This document shows positions 10,443-21,800 of a stretch of 64,000 bases of DNA, in pieces. Numbering within the stretch: the stretch's first letter is position 1; each line of letters starts with the position of its first letter. The notes under the pieces are model-generated. The model worked only from the letters and a program-made list of their open reading frames with translations. It did no database searches and was not told where the DNA came from. The translations under genes and the position numbers were made by a program. The stretch lies in the IMG/VR virus record IMGVR_UViG_3300042566_001780, positions 227,688 through 291,687 of that record. One strand, written 5' to 3'.

Positions 10443-11077
10443 TCGTCTTTGGTCAACCCACGTTGATCACGTTAACCAGCCCATCTTGCGGTGGAAAAAG
10501 CTGGTTAATGGAGCATCTGATTGCTGAATGGAATTTTCAAAGAATCATCAGCACTACTGATAGAGCTCCACGAGTTGGAGAAGTCGACAAGGTGCATTAT
10601 TTCTTTATGACTACTGAAGAATCTAAGGAGCTAGAGAAGCAAAAGAAATTTGCTGAGCTAGTCACTTATAATGGCGTTCGTTATGGTGTTACTCATGACG
10701 AAATGGTTCGCAAAGTAGCAAAGCCAAATAGCGCTCCTCCTATTGTTATTCTTGAACCTTCTGGATTGAAGGAATACGAGAAGTATTGCAAGAAAAACAA
10801 TTGGAGAATGTTCAAGATCTTTGTTGACACTCCAGAAGAAATTCGCATTCTTAGACTCGCAGATCGCACAACAAAAGACATCATTGCTAAACCAAATGCT
10901 TCTTATGAAGAGGTCAAGCAATGCATAGTGTCAAACAATAGTCGGTTGCAGGCAATAATTGAAAAAGAGCGTTCTTGGTATAAGAAAAGTAACTGGGATT
11001 TGATTGTACCAGGCACTTCACTAAGCGATGCAAAACATCTTATTCTAGACGCAGCAAAAAGGTTTAACAATGATTGA
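10439..11077 (+). CDS. Guanylate kinase-like protein
   Basis: SPSCGGKS, STTDRAPRVGEVDKVHYFF, YNGVRYG. Confidence 0.82.
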   Translation: MIVFGQPTLITLTSPSCGGKSWLMEHLIAEWNFQRIISTTDRAPRVGEVDKVHYFFMTTEESKELEKQKKFAELVTYNGVRYGVTHDEMVRKVAKPNSAPPIVILEPSGLKEYEKYCKKNNWRMFKIFVDTPEEIRILRLADRTTKDIIAKPNASYEEVKQCIVSNNSRLQAIIEKERSWYKKSNWDLIVPGTSLSDAKHLILDAAKRFNND

Positions 11078-11582
11078 AGTTCAAGCGCCAAATAAGTTCA
11101 AAGTTAAGATGGCACACTGGACCGTTTTTCTTGCTGGGTCCATTGAAATGGGTGCTGCTGTTAAATGGCAAAATGAAGCTGTTGAGCAACTTAAACCATA
11201 CAATGATGAGTTGGTGTTGTTCAATCCTAGACGAGATGATTGGGATTCTTCTTGGGTTCAATCGATTGATAATCCCCAATTTGCTGAGCAAGTGAATTGG
11301 GAAATTGAACACATCACTAAATCAGACATTGTGTTCTTCTATTTTGCTGGTGACACAAAATCTCCAATCACTCTAATGGAGCTCGGCATTATTGCGGGAA
11401 TGCATATGCGATATGCGACATCAGATGTCATTGTTGTTTGTGAACCAAATTTTTGGCGAAAAGGAAATGTCGACATTCTCTGTGATACAATCAATGTACC
11501 GCTTTATGATAATCTAAAAGATGGTCTAAGTCATCTTGAAAATTATCTTGTCACTAATGGTGGGTTCATTCCTGGAGCGTGA
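11070..11582 (+). CDS. Nucleoside 2-deoxyribosyltransferase-like protein
   Basis: VFLAGSI, FNPRRDDWD, QVNWE, SPITLMELG. Confidence 0.8.
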   Translation: MIEVQAPNKFKVKMAHWTVFLAGSIEMGAAVKWQNEAVEQLKPYNDELVLFNPRRDDWDSSWVQSIDNPQFAEQVNWEIEHITKSDIVFFYFAGDTKSPITLMELGIIAGMHMRYATSDVIVVCEPNFWRKGNVDILCDTINVPLYDNLKDGLSHLENYLVTNGGFIPGA

Positions 11583-14107
11583 AATGGAAAAAGACGTCAA
11601 TGATAATCAAGGTAGAAATCCTGATCGACCAGCAAATGTAAAAACAGATTTGATTTCACTTGGTGTAGTTGCAGTGCTGATGGCTCTTTCTTACGGCATT
11701 ATCAAATTTTTTGAACTATGAGTGACTGTGACTTTCGAATCAAAGCTGAACATATTTGTGAAGATTGCGGACATGTTCAGATGGTTCATGGACTAGTAAC
11801 GTCTGACAATGGCGTCTATTTTGGCAGTGCCCATAATTGGTGTGATGTTTGTGATACGGGATTGCCGAAGTTTAGTTGGAAGATTGTTGTTCCCGCAGGG
11901 AACATTGACATCACCTTCTTCATGAAAGGTCTTCCGAAAAAGATGGCATTTCAAATCGGCAATCAAATTTTCACCTTGGACTATGAACCTGAAGAACCAT
12001 CTGAGTTTTTCTTTATGGCCAAAATGTTGACAAATGCTATGAAAAAGATTGGCGTAAACTAATGGGACGTCTTACTGATAATGACAAACGGTTTTGGATT
12101 TTTACATATGGAAAATCCAACTACAATCCTTGGAGAATGATTCTTTCAAGTGGCGGGGGCTATGATGAACCAGCAAAAACTAATCTGACTTGCTACGGAT
12201 TTGGTTATGTTTTTCGTGTTCATTTTCCAAATTTCATAAAACCTTTCCGTGAATGGCACGAATTTCGATTTGAGAAACTTGCAGATGGTAGAAAAGGTTA
12301 TTGGGAAGAGCATCCTCGAGAATTTGGTTTTTCTCTTGATGAAGGTTTCTTAACTTTCTATCATGGGCCACAAACTCATGACAGTATAACGACAAAATCA
12401 ACTAGCTTCTTTCTTCCGTGGACACAGTGGTTCTTCAATCGCTATAGCGTCTATGGTTTGAATGGCGAACATTTGAAAAGCTGGATTTCTGAACGAAGTT
12501 TGTTCAAGAAAAAGAAGCCGTTTAATGAGTATGAAGAACAACGACAGTTCAAAGATCAGCAGGTACCAAAAGCCAAGTTTTTGATTCACGATGCTGATGG
12601 TACTGCGGTTATTGCAACAACTTATATCCAAGAACGTGAATGGACGTTTGGAGAAGGCTGGTTTCAATGGCTTCGATTCTTCAAAAAGAATCTGGTACAA
12701 CGTACACTTGACATTGAATTTTCCCAAGAAGTCGGTCATGACAAAGGTTCATGGAAGGGCGGGTTGATGGGTACCTCGATTGAGATGAATCCAAATGACC
12801 TTCATGAATCTGCATTTAAGCGATTCTGCGACCAAGAACATCGTTCAAAGAATGGCAAGTTCAAGATAAAATTCATAAAACAAATCGAGGAGTAAGCAAT
12901 GCTAGTAGAAAAATTCAACGAAGTCAATAGTCACATTATCAATCTGCTTCTTCGTCACCGTGAAGAACGCGTCGACATCACCTATCAAGATGTTTTTGAC
13001 ATTCAACAACGGTTGGACAAATTGATTGTTGATGTTGCTGCGGCAGAAATTGTCATCAATGAGCTGGATGTGGCACCAAAGAAATCTTGTGGTGGCAACT
13101 GCTCTGAGTGTGCATGTCATTAATGAAATTCCCAGGCATTTTCATCAGTCATCATGGTTCAGCCGATATTGACGCGTTAAGCAAAGAAACCCATGAATGG
13201 GAAGTTCGAGCTTCTAAAGGTGAATGTGCCTGGATTTGTTCAGATTGTTGTGTCACTTTCCCAGATGGAATGCCTGCAAAATGCGAACATGGTCATGAAG
13301 GCTGTACCAAAATCATTGAAAGTTTCCGAAATGAAAAGTGATGCCCAAATTAGCTATGATTTAGCTTTAGCCATCGGTTGGACTAAAGCAGATTTGGTTA
13401 TTGCAGAAAACAAAGTTTTTGTTTGGCGCGGAAATAATTGGCGTGAATTCTCTTACACTGATCCCACAGTCATCTGGCCTATTGCTGTTCGCTTTAGAAA
13501 AATGCCAAGTGAAGTTTGGTACAGAGCTGCACCTAAGAAAGAATGGTATGTCGCAATGCCAGATGGTCCAGGTACTTGGTGTATGTATGCCGATTCCCCT
13601 GAAAAAGCAGTAGCTCTTGGGGTTATCTCAGAGGTCGCAGAATGAATTTGCCCAAACCAAAAGTCTTTGTGAAAAGTTCCGAGTGGAATGATGCTCTTCT
13701 CAAGAGATGTTCATTCAATGGATGGCGTCATGATTATGGTGATTGCGACATGCGGCTCTACACTGAAGAGCAATTGCATGAATTTGCAAAATCGCAAATT
13801 GAAGAAGTGCTAGGTTTAGTGTTCACTAATTTGGTCAACATTGCAAAAACCAAAGAATTGGCGAAAGACATAGACCAAACATGGTGCGCTGCAGCACAAG
13901 GCATGCATCGTTTGGCAAATGAAGCTTTGAAAAAAGTTGATCATCTTGAGCCAACTGAAAAAGCTTCTCCTGAAAAATTAGAAGAAGCTCTGGAAGAAGC
14001 TTATTGGATCTTCGATGCCAAACGAAAAGGTTATTCCATGTGGCACGACCCAATGTCTGAGCGTGATGCATTCAAAACCACTATTCGAAAATTGTTGAAA
14101 GATTCAA

Positions 14108-14332
14108 ATGGCGACTAGAACTCGTGAAGTTGTTGTATCTAACAAAGCACAATGCAAATTGTGCAATGATGTTATTGAATCAAAATCTGGCCATGACTTC
14201 AAGTACTGTAGTTGTGGCGAAATTTTTGTAGATGGCGGAAACGAATATCTTCGTCGCGGTGCAAAGAACTTCGACAATTTCATTGAGCTAAGTGAGATTG
14301 AGGAGATTGTTGAGGATAGCGCGAATGAATAA
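14108..14332 (+). CDS. Small zinc-finger protein
   Basis: CKLC..IES...HDFKYCSCG..VDGG motif, common in phages. Confidence 0.65.
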   Translation: MATRTREVVVSNKAQCKLCNDVIESKSGHDFKYCSCGEIFVDGGNEYLRRGAKNFDNFIELSEIEEIVEDSANE

Positions 14333-15315
14333 CCTGATGATTCGGTGGCTCACGCTTGTGAATGGGCATATCAATGATGGCTGGAAATTCCTTTGGAGTT
14401 GTTATGGCAACAATGCCAGGAGCCTCGAGGGTGTCATTTGGGACAATGGAATCCAAGAGATGACTAGCACTATTTGCTATGACACCAAGACTTTTGAGGT
14501 TTACAACATCAGCGTTCACTGCTTTGATTCTAATAGTTTAGACAATAGTCGGAGCAAAGCTGCTATTTTCTTCACAGATGAAAAGCATAAGAAAGTCTAC
14601 GTCGAAGAATCTAATAAGCATGATGCTGCATGGGATCAAGCATGGTCGGGTGTCCTCTATGAAGAGGTGAAGTCATTTGATGATCTGGTGAAATTCATTC
14701 ATGATTCTCATTACCAGAAACTTGATGATCCTGAAGAGTTTGACGTAGTTGTTGACACCCTGAAAAAGCATCATGACAAGCTTTGGCAAATGACTCAACG
14801 AAACATGAATTCTGAATTTGTTGGAATGAACATTATGGATGACATTCGCATTGAACAGATGAGTGAATTGAAGCAAGCTATGCAACTGTGGAAAGATTTC
14901 AAAAATGGAAAAGCTTTTAGGCAAAATTGAATCGGTGAAATTTGGCTATGTTGGCTACCAAGACATGCAATTTGGTCTGCAGGTGTCATTCACCGGAAAA
15001 GACGGCTGGGGAGTTTCGGCCACCATCGCAAATGCTTGGTCTTTGGACATGGAATGCCCGTATAATCATGCATGGACTGAAGACGACCGGGATTCTGGTT
15101 TCGCAAAGACTATGCGCAAAATCAACCAAGTTATGAATGATGCTAAGGTGACTGACATCTATCAACTGAAGGGTGTTCCAGTTGAAGTGATCTTCGAAGG
15201 AAGCGTGTTGAAGGATTGGAGAATTTTGACTGAAGTTTTGTGAAAAGCTCCAAAAACAGTGTACAATTGAACCTAAGATGAAAACATAAGCAGATCATCT
15301 TAGGTTTTTTACTAT

Positions 15316-15535
15316 TTGGAACTTTGATCATGACTCGGCATTTTAATAACCAGGACTTTTTCAAAGGGTTTAGCGCTGTGAAGCCAAGCATGGTTGATGA
15401 TCTACTCATTTTGCCTAGCAAATTATCACAGGATGATTGCGGTGAGCAAAAAATACAAGTGAAAATCCTGAAAGCTAGATCTGCTGACAATCAACGCGTT
15501 TCTTTTCAACTTACTTGGAACTTTGATCATGACTC
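15316..15535 (+). repeat. 21-bp direct repeat TTGGAACTTTGATCATGACTC (15316-15336, 15515-15535)
   Basis: Exact repeat over the RBS/start of two consecutive ORFs. Confidence 0.85.
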
Positions 15536-18300
15536 TTGAAACTATTCGTACCAATCTCATCAAGACCATTGAGGGCAAACAGCTCTATCTTGATGAAGTC
15601 ATCAAAGCTCGGCAACAAGCAAATGGCACTCTTGATGCAGTGTTTTTTGCTCAAGAAGAATTCCTGAAGATCAATATTGCCGAGCTCAATGCCATCCTTG
15701 ATGATGTTGAAAAGCTCATTCAACCGACAGCTCCATTTACTGGTGAAATCTTTCATCATCCGGTGTAATCATGGTTGAATGGGGCAAAATGTTCTTGCAA
15801 CTCGTGGTGCAAGAGAAAAGTAGCAATGATTATCGTGCTTTCTTGACCTGGCGCGATGTCGATAGTGATGGCATTTTTGAATTGCGGGGCTATGGCAAAG
15901 ATGGTGCCTTGGCTGCAGCCGATGCATGGCACAAATTTGTGACTGATGCCGAATTTCATAGCTACTGGTCAGGTCATTATTTGGAGCAGAAATCTCATGG
16001 TTGATCATTTGACAGTCATTCTCTATTTGTGGACCTCTGTTGTTGCAGCTGGGACCGCTTCTTCACTCAAAGTCGAGAAAGACTGGCGCCCAATTGGCGA
16101 GTATCATTCGTGGCAACGTGGTGGTCCTAGTGGAATGACACTATGTGAAAACGCGGCAAAGCAACTTGGTCTTGAGAAGACGCGTTATCGTTGCGTTATT
16201 TCAAAATGATTTCGAAAACTACTCGCCTTACTATTGCAAACATCTGCTATGCAAATGTGGCAGGTCAATTTGCATTGTTCAGCAACCCAAAGTTCCGTGG
16301 ACCAAACTTCACATGGAAAGAATTTCCAGCCATGTGTGAGAAGCAAGCGGATATTTGGATGATCCTCAACAGTGTACGTGGTAACAAAGAAGAAATCAAT
16401 AGTGTTGCTCGTCAAGTGGCAAAAGAAATTGCTACTACTTTGGTGTGGCATTTGGAGAAATGAAAATGGTACGAAAAGTGAAGCTCATTGATAGAAACAC
16501 GATGCTGGACTACAATGATGTAGACTACCATCATGATATGTTTATGGCTCTAGAGCGAGCCTCAAAACTGGGATGGACCTTTTCATGTCGTGATAATCAT
16601 GTTCGAATTGACAGGCATGACGGCGCTAGGAAAACGGAAATACCATGGAGCCTTGCATATGCAGTCTCGATCTATGGAGAAAATGATTTCGATGCTCCTA
16701 TTGAAGATCTCGAGCGTGCTATTGATTTCTGCGAACATGAGCGTCAAGAGGCAATCATTAAGACGCAAAAAATTAATGCTGCTTTGGCCAAATTGACTGA
16801 TGAAGAAAAGAAACTTTTAAAATTGTGAAGGAAATTATGTCTAAGAAAATTGCATTCTATGTGAATTTTGCTGTTAAGCAATCTGTGCTTAACTACATTG
16901 CCGAAAGCATGATTGAAACTCTTCTTGACGAAATTGACGATTTCTATGATGAAGACTTCTTAAAATTTGCCAACATAGATCTAGATGAGCTCGCAACCTC
17001 AATTGCTAATTTTGAACCGTTTCAAACGGCCTTCAAAAAAGAAATTGAAGATCTTGGAACGTGGGCTGTTGATGATCCCCATTGGATTTGGGGCCACAAA
17101 ATTCTCAAACATCCTGAATGGAAAAAGATTGTAAGCCATATCAAATTTATGGATAAAATCTATCAGGATATCGAGAAATCAGAAAATAGCAAAAACGAAA
17201 AGCAGAAAGCCGTTGATTCTGCTATTGATCTTTTGCAAAAATCTGGGTACACTGTTCTTAAGCAACCTAATTTTTGAAAATGAGCTGGAACAACGTAATC
17301 CCATGGTTCATCTATGAAATGCGTCGAGAGAAAGATGAAGCTATGATGTTAGGCGCAACTGCCGAAGAACTTAACTCTGGTTGGGTTCGAAGTTGTCCAA
17401 AGCAATTCATTCAAATGGATCTTAGTTTCAGCCGAAGAGAAGATCGAAAGCTCTATAGTTTGGGCGTGCAAATTTTTTGATGGCATTGTGGTTTTCATGA
17501 TGATTTTAGGTTAGAATAGCTTCATCACCAAAACAAACTTAAACATCATGAACCACTTTGCAAAATTTGAAAAAGCCCATCAAGAAGCTCTGGCGATGAT
17601 CCAGTCTTGTCTTGACAATGTTGATGAACCTGAGCTGCAGGCAATCACTAAGTACTTGCTTGAGACTGATGCAAATCCGTATAGCTTCTTGCCTGATGGT
17701 TGGGCGGGTTGTATGACGACGTCTACCGGTTTCCAAAGTCTTCTTCATATGATTCATCATGCACTGTATGATGACGGTGACATTAGCTTTCCGATCGTTA
17801 ACGGCGAACCTCGTATGTCCTTCGTTTGGAAAAATGAAGAGAACTATGCAAATGAGGTTCTTAATTCGACTGAAAAAGATTTTCAAAAACGGCGAGGAAA
17901 TGTCTATGAAGTTGAGCAATGCAAAGACATTTTTGACTTCATTGAAAAGCACAAAGAATACCATCGAAAAGACGTGAAGCGCTTTTTCATTATGGACGCA
18001 GTTATGCATGGTTGGGAATATTCTGTTGAACACAATTCCAAATACGCCAACTTCGATCCTGACTGGGAATTTGATGAAGAAGTGATTGCTGAAGTTGAGA
18101 AGAAGAAAGCATTGCGTGAAAAGATGGGTCTTGCTCTGAAAGGCCATTCCAAATGATGACACTTCAGTTGGTTTTGCTAGTACTCAACTCAATTGTCAGC
18201 TACAAGTGTTTTGTGAATGAATCTAGCTTTTGGGGTTGGGCAAATCTCGTAGCAAGTGCAAACATGTTTGCAAACATCATGGCCAAATTGGTCTGAAATC

Positions 18301-18870
18301 ATGCCAAAAATTCAAAACATTTCGAAGGCTGCAGCAAAATCCGGCAGCCATTTTTTCACTGGTGATAATTCCATACTGATCCAGATTGTGGATCCGGCCA
18401 CCGAGTTTCCAGTTCCTGCCCAAAAATTTCAAGAGATTCATCAATTTGAATTTCTGGATGTTGAAGATGACGGGGTCACAAACTTTGGTGATGGGCGTAT
18501 GGTGGACATGAGTGAGTTTGCCATTACCAAAGATCAAGCAAAACAGCTCGTGCAGATTTTGCAAAGTGCAAAAGAACGAGACATGAATGTCGTCGTTCAT
18601 TGTCATGCCGGGATTTGTCGTAGCGGGGCTGTGGTTGAAGTTGGCGTCATGATGGGTTTTGACGATCCAAAAGTATTTCGCAGCCCTAATCTGCTTGTCA
18701 AGCATGAGATGATGCGGGCACTTGGCTGGACTTATGATAGTGATGAACCTCATACCATCAACGGGCAACCTATTGCCATGGAGTGGAATTCATTTGTTGA
18801 CAAAGTTTGGTTTTTGAGAGAAGCGCGTAGGCATCACAATGAATCTCAAGAACGTGAAGGAGATGTTTGA
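18301..18870 (+). CDS. Protein tyrosine/dual-specificity phosphatase-like protein
   Basis: VVHCHAGICRS (HCx5R) and FLD acid loop. Confidence 0.8.
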   Translation: MPKIQNISKAAAKSGSHFFTGDNSILIQIVDPATEFPVPAQKFQEIHQFEFLDVEDDGVTNFGDGRMVDMSEFAITKDQAKQLVQILQSAKERDMNVVVHCHAGICRSGAVVEVGVMMGFDDPKVFRSPNLLVKHEMMRALGWTYDSDEPHTINGQPIAMEWNSFVDKVWFLREARRHHNESQEREGDV

Positions 18871-21800
18871 ATGGAACTGAAATGGCTTTTCATTTTTGCC
18901 GGAGTTGTCATCACCGCAGGTGTTTCGGGTGAAGCTTTCATGCAATGGCAGGAACAGAAGTGCGTTGTTGAAGCTACCAAAAATTCTTCCTTTTCAGCAG
19001 ATGAAATTATGAAAATGTGCAAGTGATTTTGGGTTGAGTGCAAAAAGCAGTGTATAATTCATTTAACGCACTCAACCTTGGATCTAAATCATGAGCATGA
19101 ACATTCTGATTACTGCTAGTCGCAAGATCACCTTCAAAAAGAAGGACGGAAAACGTAGCGGTAGTGTTCAAAACATCAAGTTTGATGAGATTCAAACCCC
19201 AACAGTAATCACTCGTCAAATCCTGGCCAGCAAAGATCCGGTTAAAGCCTACAAGGATTATGTTGCTACTTTGAGTCATGTCGAAAAAGTTGCGGTCTAT
19301 GAAAAAGATGATCTTTTTGAAGAAGGCCCGGTCCTCTTCTATGAAGATTTTGATTGGACAAAAGATCATCTTGAAAAATTTGATCTGTGGATTGAGTTCT
19401 GCAATCAAGAAGGATTCACTGTCAAATTTGAAGAAATGTGAGAACCAAAATGGACATTATTGAAGCATTCATTGAGACTATCATTGCCATTATGTGGCTT
19501 GCATTCGGGATTGGATTTGCAGGATGTATGCTTTTTGCAATCTTCTGTTTCACTCAGGGCAGTTTGCTGTACGGGTTTTCTTCACTGGTTGCCTCGGTTA
19601 TTTTTGGCACTTTCTCAACTTACCTTTTTCACAAATGAGCACTTATCAAGAATGCCTTTTTGCAGGCAAAGAAGTTATCGTTGTATCGATGGTCAGCAAA
19701 GGAAATCGCATCCATTCCTCTGTGAAGCCGTACATTGGGCATGTTGGAATCGTTGAACGAGAAGCAAAGAATGGCATGCTTCTCGTCAAGTTCACCTATT
19801 CTTGGTGTCATTACGATCATTACCGTGCTATCCCTGCAGGATGTGTTAAAATTCTCGAAACTGTGAAATTTGCTTAACTTTAGGATTTTCAAAAATGGAA
19901 CAAGACCAAATCGACCAACAAATTTCTGAAACTGCTCGCGGCAGTCTTCCCAAGTGGCCGCAAATGATTGTGAGTGGTGAGAAGGTTACTGAAGAACAAG
20001 CATTTGAAATCATCTTTCGTACTGATGAATTTTTGACCTCTGCTCATAGTTACAGTGGTGGCAACAATCGCCAATTCAATGAGTGGTACCGTGAGGCCGC
20101 TGATTTGAACAAACTTCAAGTCACCCGGAAGTACCCAGAGGGACATGAATACAAAGACGTTGATTGGCACCTTCAAGAAAAGCTTCGTGAAGCCCTGAAG
20201 GTCATTTCGACTGAGTATGTCCATAACACTTGGGCCAGCAGTTCTTTCATCTTTGGTCCTCATGGTTGGTGTCATCCTGATGGTGCTATTAGCTACACTG
20301 ACAATGTTGGGAAATGGCCATCTATTCGCGAAGTCTACAACGACTGGGAAAAGCTGGCAAAAGCGTTTCCATTTCTTGATGTTCATGTGACTCTCATGAG
20401 TGGTGAGCAATCTGAAGATGTGAGTCAAGCAGTCATTAATTTCCACGTTCATGATGGTGTGGCTGACATCTGCTCCCCAGATGAAAGTGTCCACAATGTA
20501 GCATCTCGGGATTTTTCTGATTCTGGGCTGATGTCTTCTTTTCTGACACGAAGTGAACAAGGTCTTCCTTTCTCTTGGTGTGGTCGTGCAGCAGATCTGG
20601 TCAAAGACCAGGTTCAAAAAATTTTGGAAAATCATGTCGAAGAAATCGCTGATTGAAAAACTGGAGTGGTTCTTGGAAAGAACAAGAACCACTCCTATTA
20701 TGTCCATCTTCACGTCTCCGGAGATGATTGCTCTTCTGGAAGAAACGATTGGGCATTTAAAGAGGACACCTAGTGTAGAAATTGAGTTGCCTGAAGGTGA
20801 TGAGAGACTAGCTAAGGTTCGCTTCACTAAATGGGATGTAGACACTAAGCATCTTCATGTTTGTCTTTCAGTTTCTGAAATTGCATCTAGATTGAATGAC
20901 TCATTGGACGTAGAGCCCTCGGCTTGGGCGTGCTGGTCTGATCAACAAGACCCAACCAAAGACAAACCTGGAATCACGTCTTTTGAGCCAATGGCGTATG
21001 CAAAAAGGCTGCCACTTTTTTCTTTTGCGCAAATTGGAAAAATTGAACTTTCTATGGTACAATTCATCCAAGATGTTGCACAGCAGAAACCAGAAAAGCC
21101 AGATTATTGGTCAGCTTGTGGTCAATGCGAAAGAAACATCTCACGCGCTGAAGATCTAATTCAAGGAAAATGAAAATGGCTGTTTCTACCAAAGTTCTGA
21201 TTGATCTCGTCCATCATTTTGACGACGATAGTCGTACTGTGTTCATTGATGGTGAAGACACCGGCATCAAATTTGACAGTTCTCTTGGTGTTCATCTTCA
21301 TGGAATAATGATTGGACATTTGAGCAGCCGTGATAAAACTTGGGTCTTTGAATCGCTGGATGCTGAAAAGTTTGATAGCGGAATTTTGGTGAATGATTAC
21401 CATTGGAAGAATTTGGAATTTGCTGAAATGAAGGTGGCAGAATTCATCCATGCGAAAGGTTGAAAATCATGATTGAAACCAATTTGAAAGTGTTGCTGTC
21501 CTATTTTGTTGATGGCACTGAGTTGTCTCAGGATCAGATGCAAATGCTAGTTGATGCCCAATTTGTGACATTTTGCCCTGAGGTCATTAAGGGGAAGAAA
21601 TTCAACGGTTTTGAATTGACTCAAGCTGGTCGAATTGCATTGGTGTCAAAATGAGTCAACCTAGAGCTTTGCAACTTGCAAATTGGCTTCAGCATCGAGC
21701 CATGGGTGGAATTACACCAAAAGATATTGAAGCATCTGAAGAACTGCGCCGACAGCATGCTGAAATCGAGAGGCTGAATCAGTTGCTCTCAATTGAGCAA

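Larger units (their letters stand above)
11584..18156 (+). other. Block of about 20 small, tightly coupled accessory ORFs (e.g. 11718-12062, 12062-12895, 12899-13123, 13331-13645, 13642-14118, 14325-14930, 14905-15243, 15771-16004, 16445-16828, 16825-17277, 17548-18156)
   Basis: Head-to-tail ORFs with ATGA/TAATG overlaps; no recognisable catalytic motifs. Confidence 0.7.
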
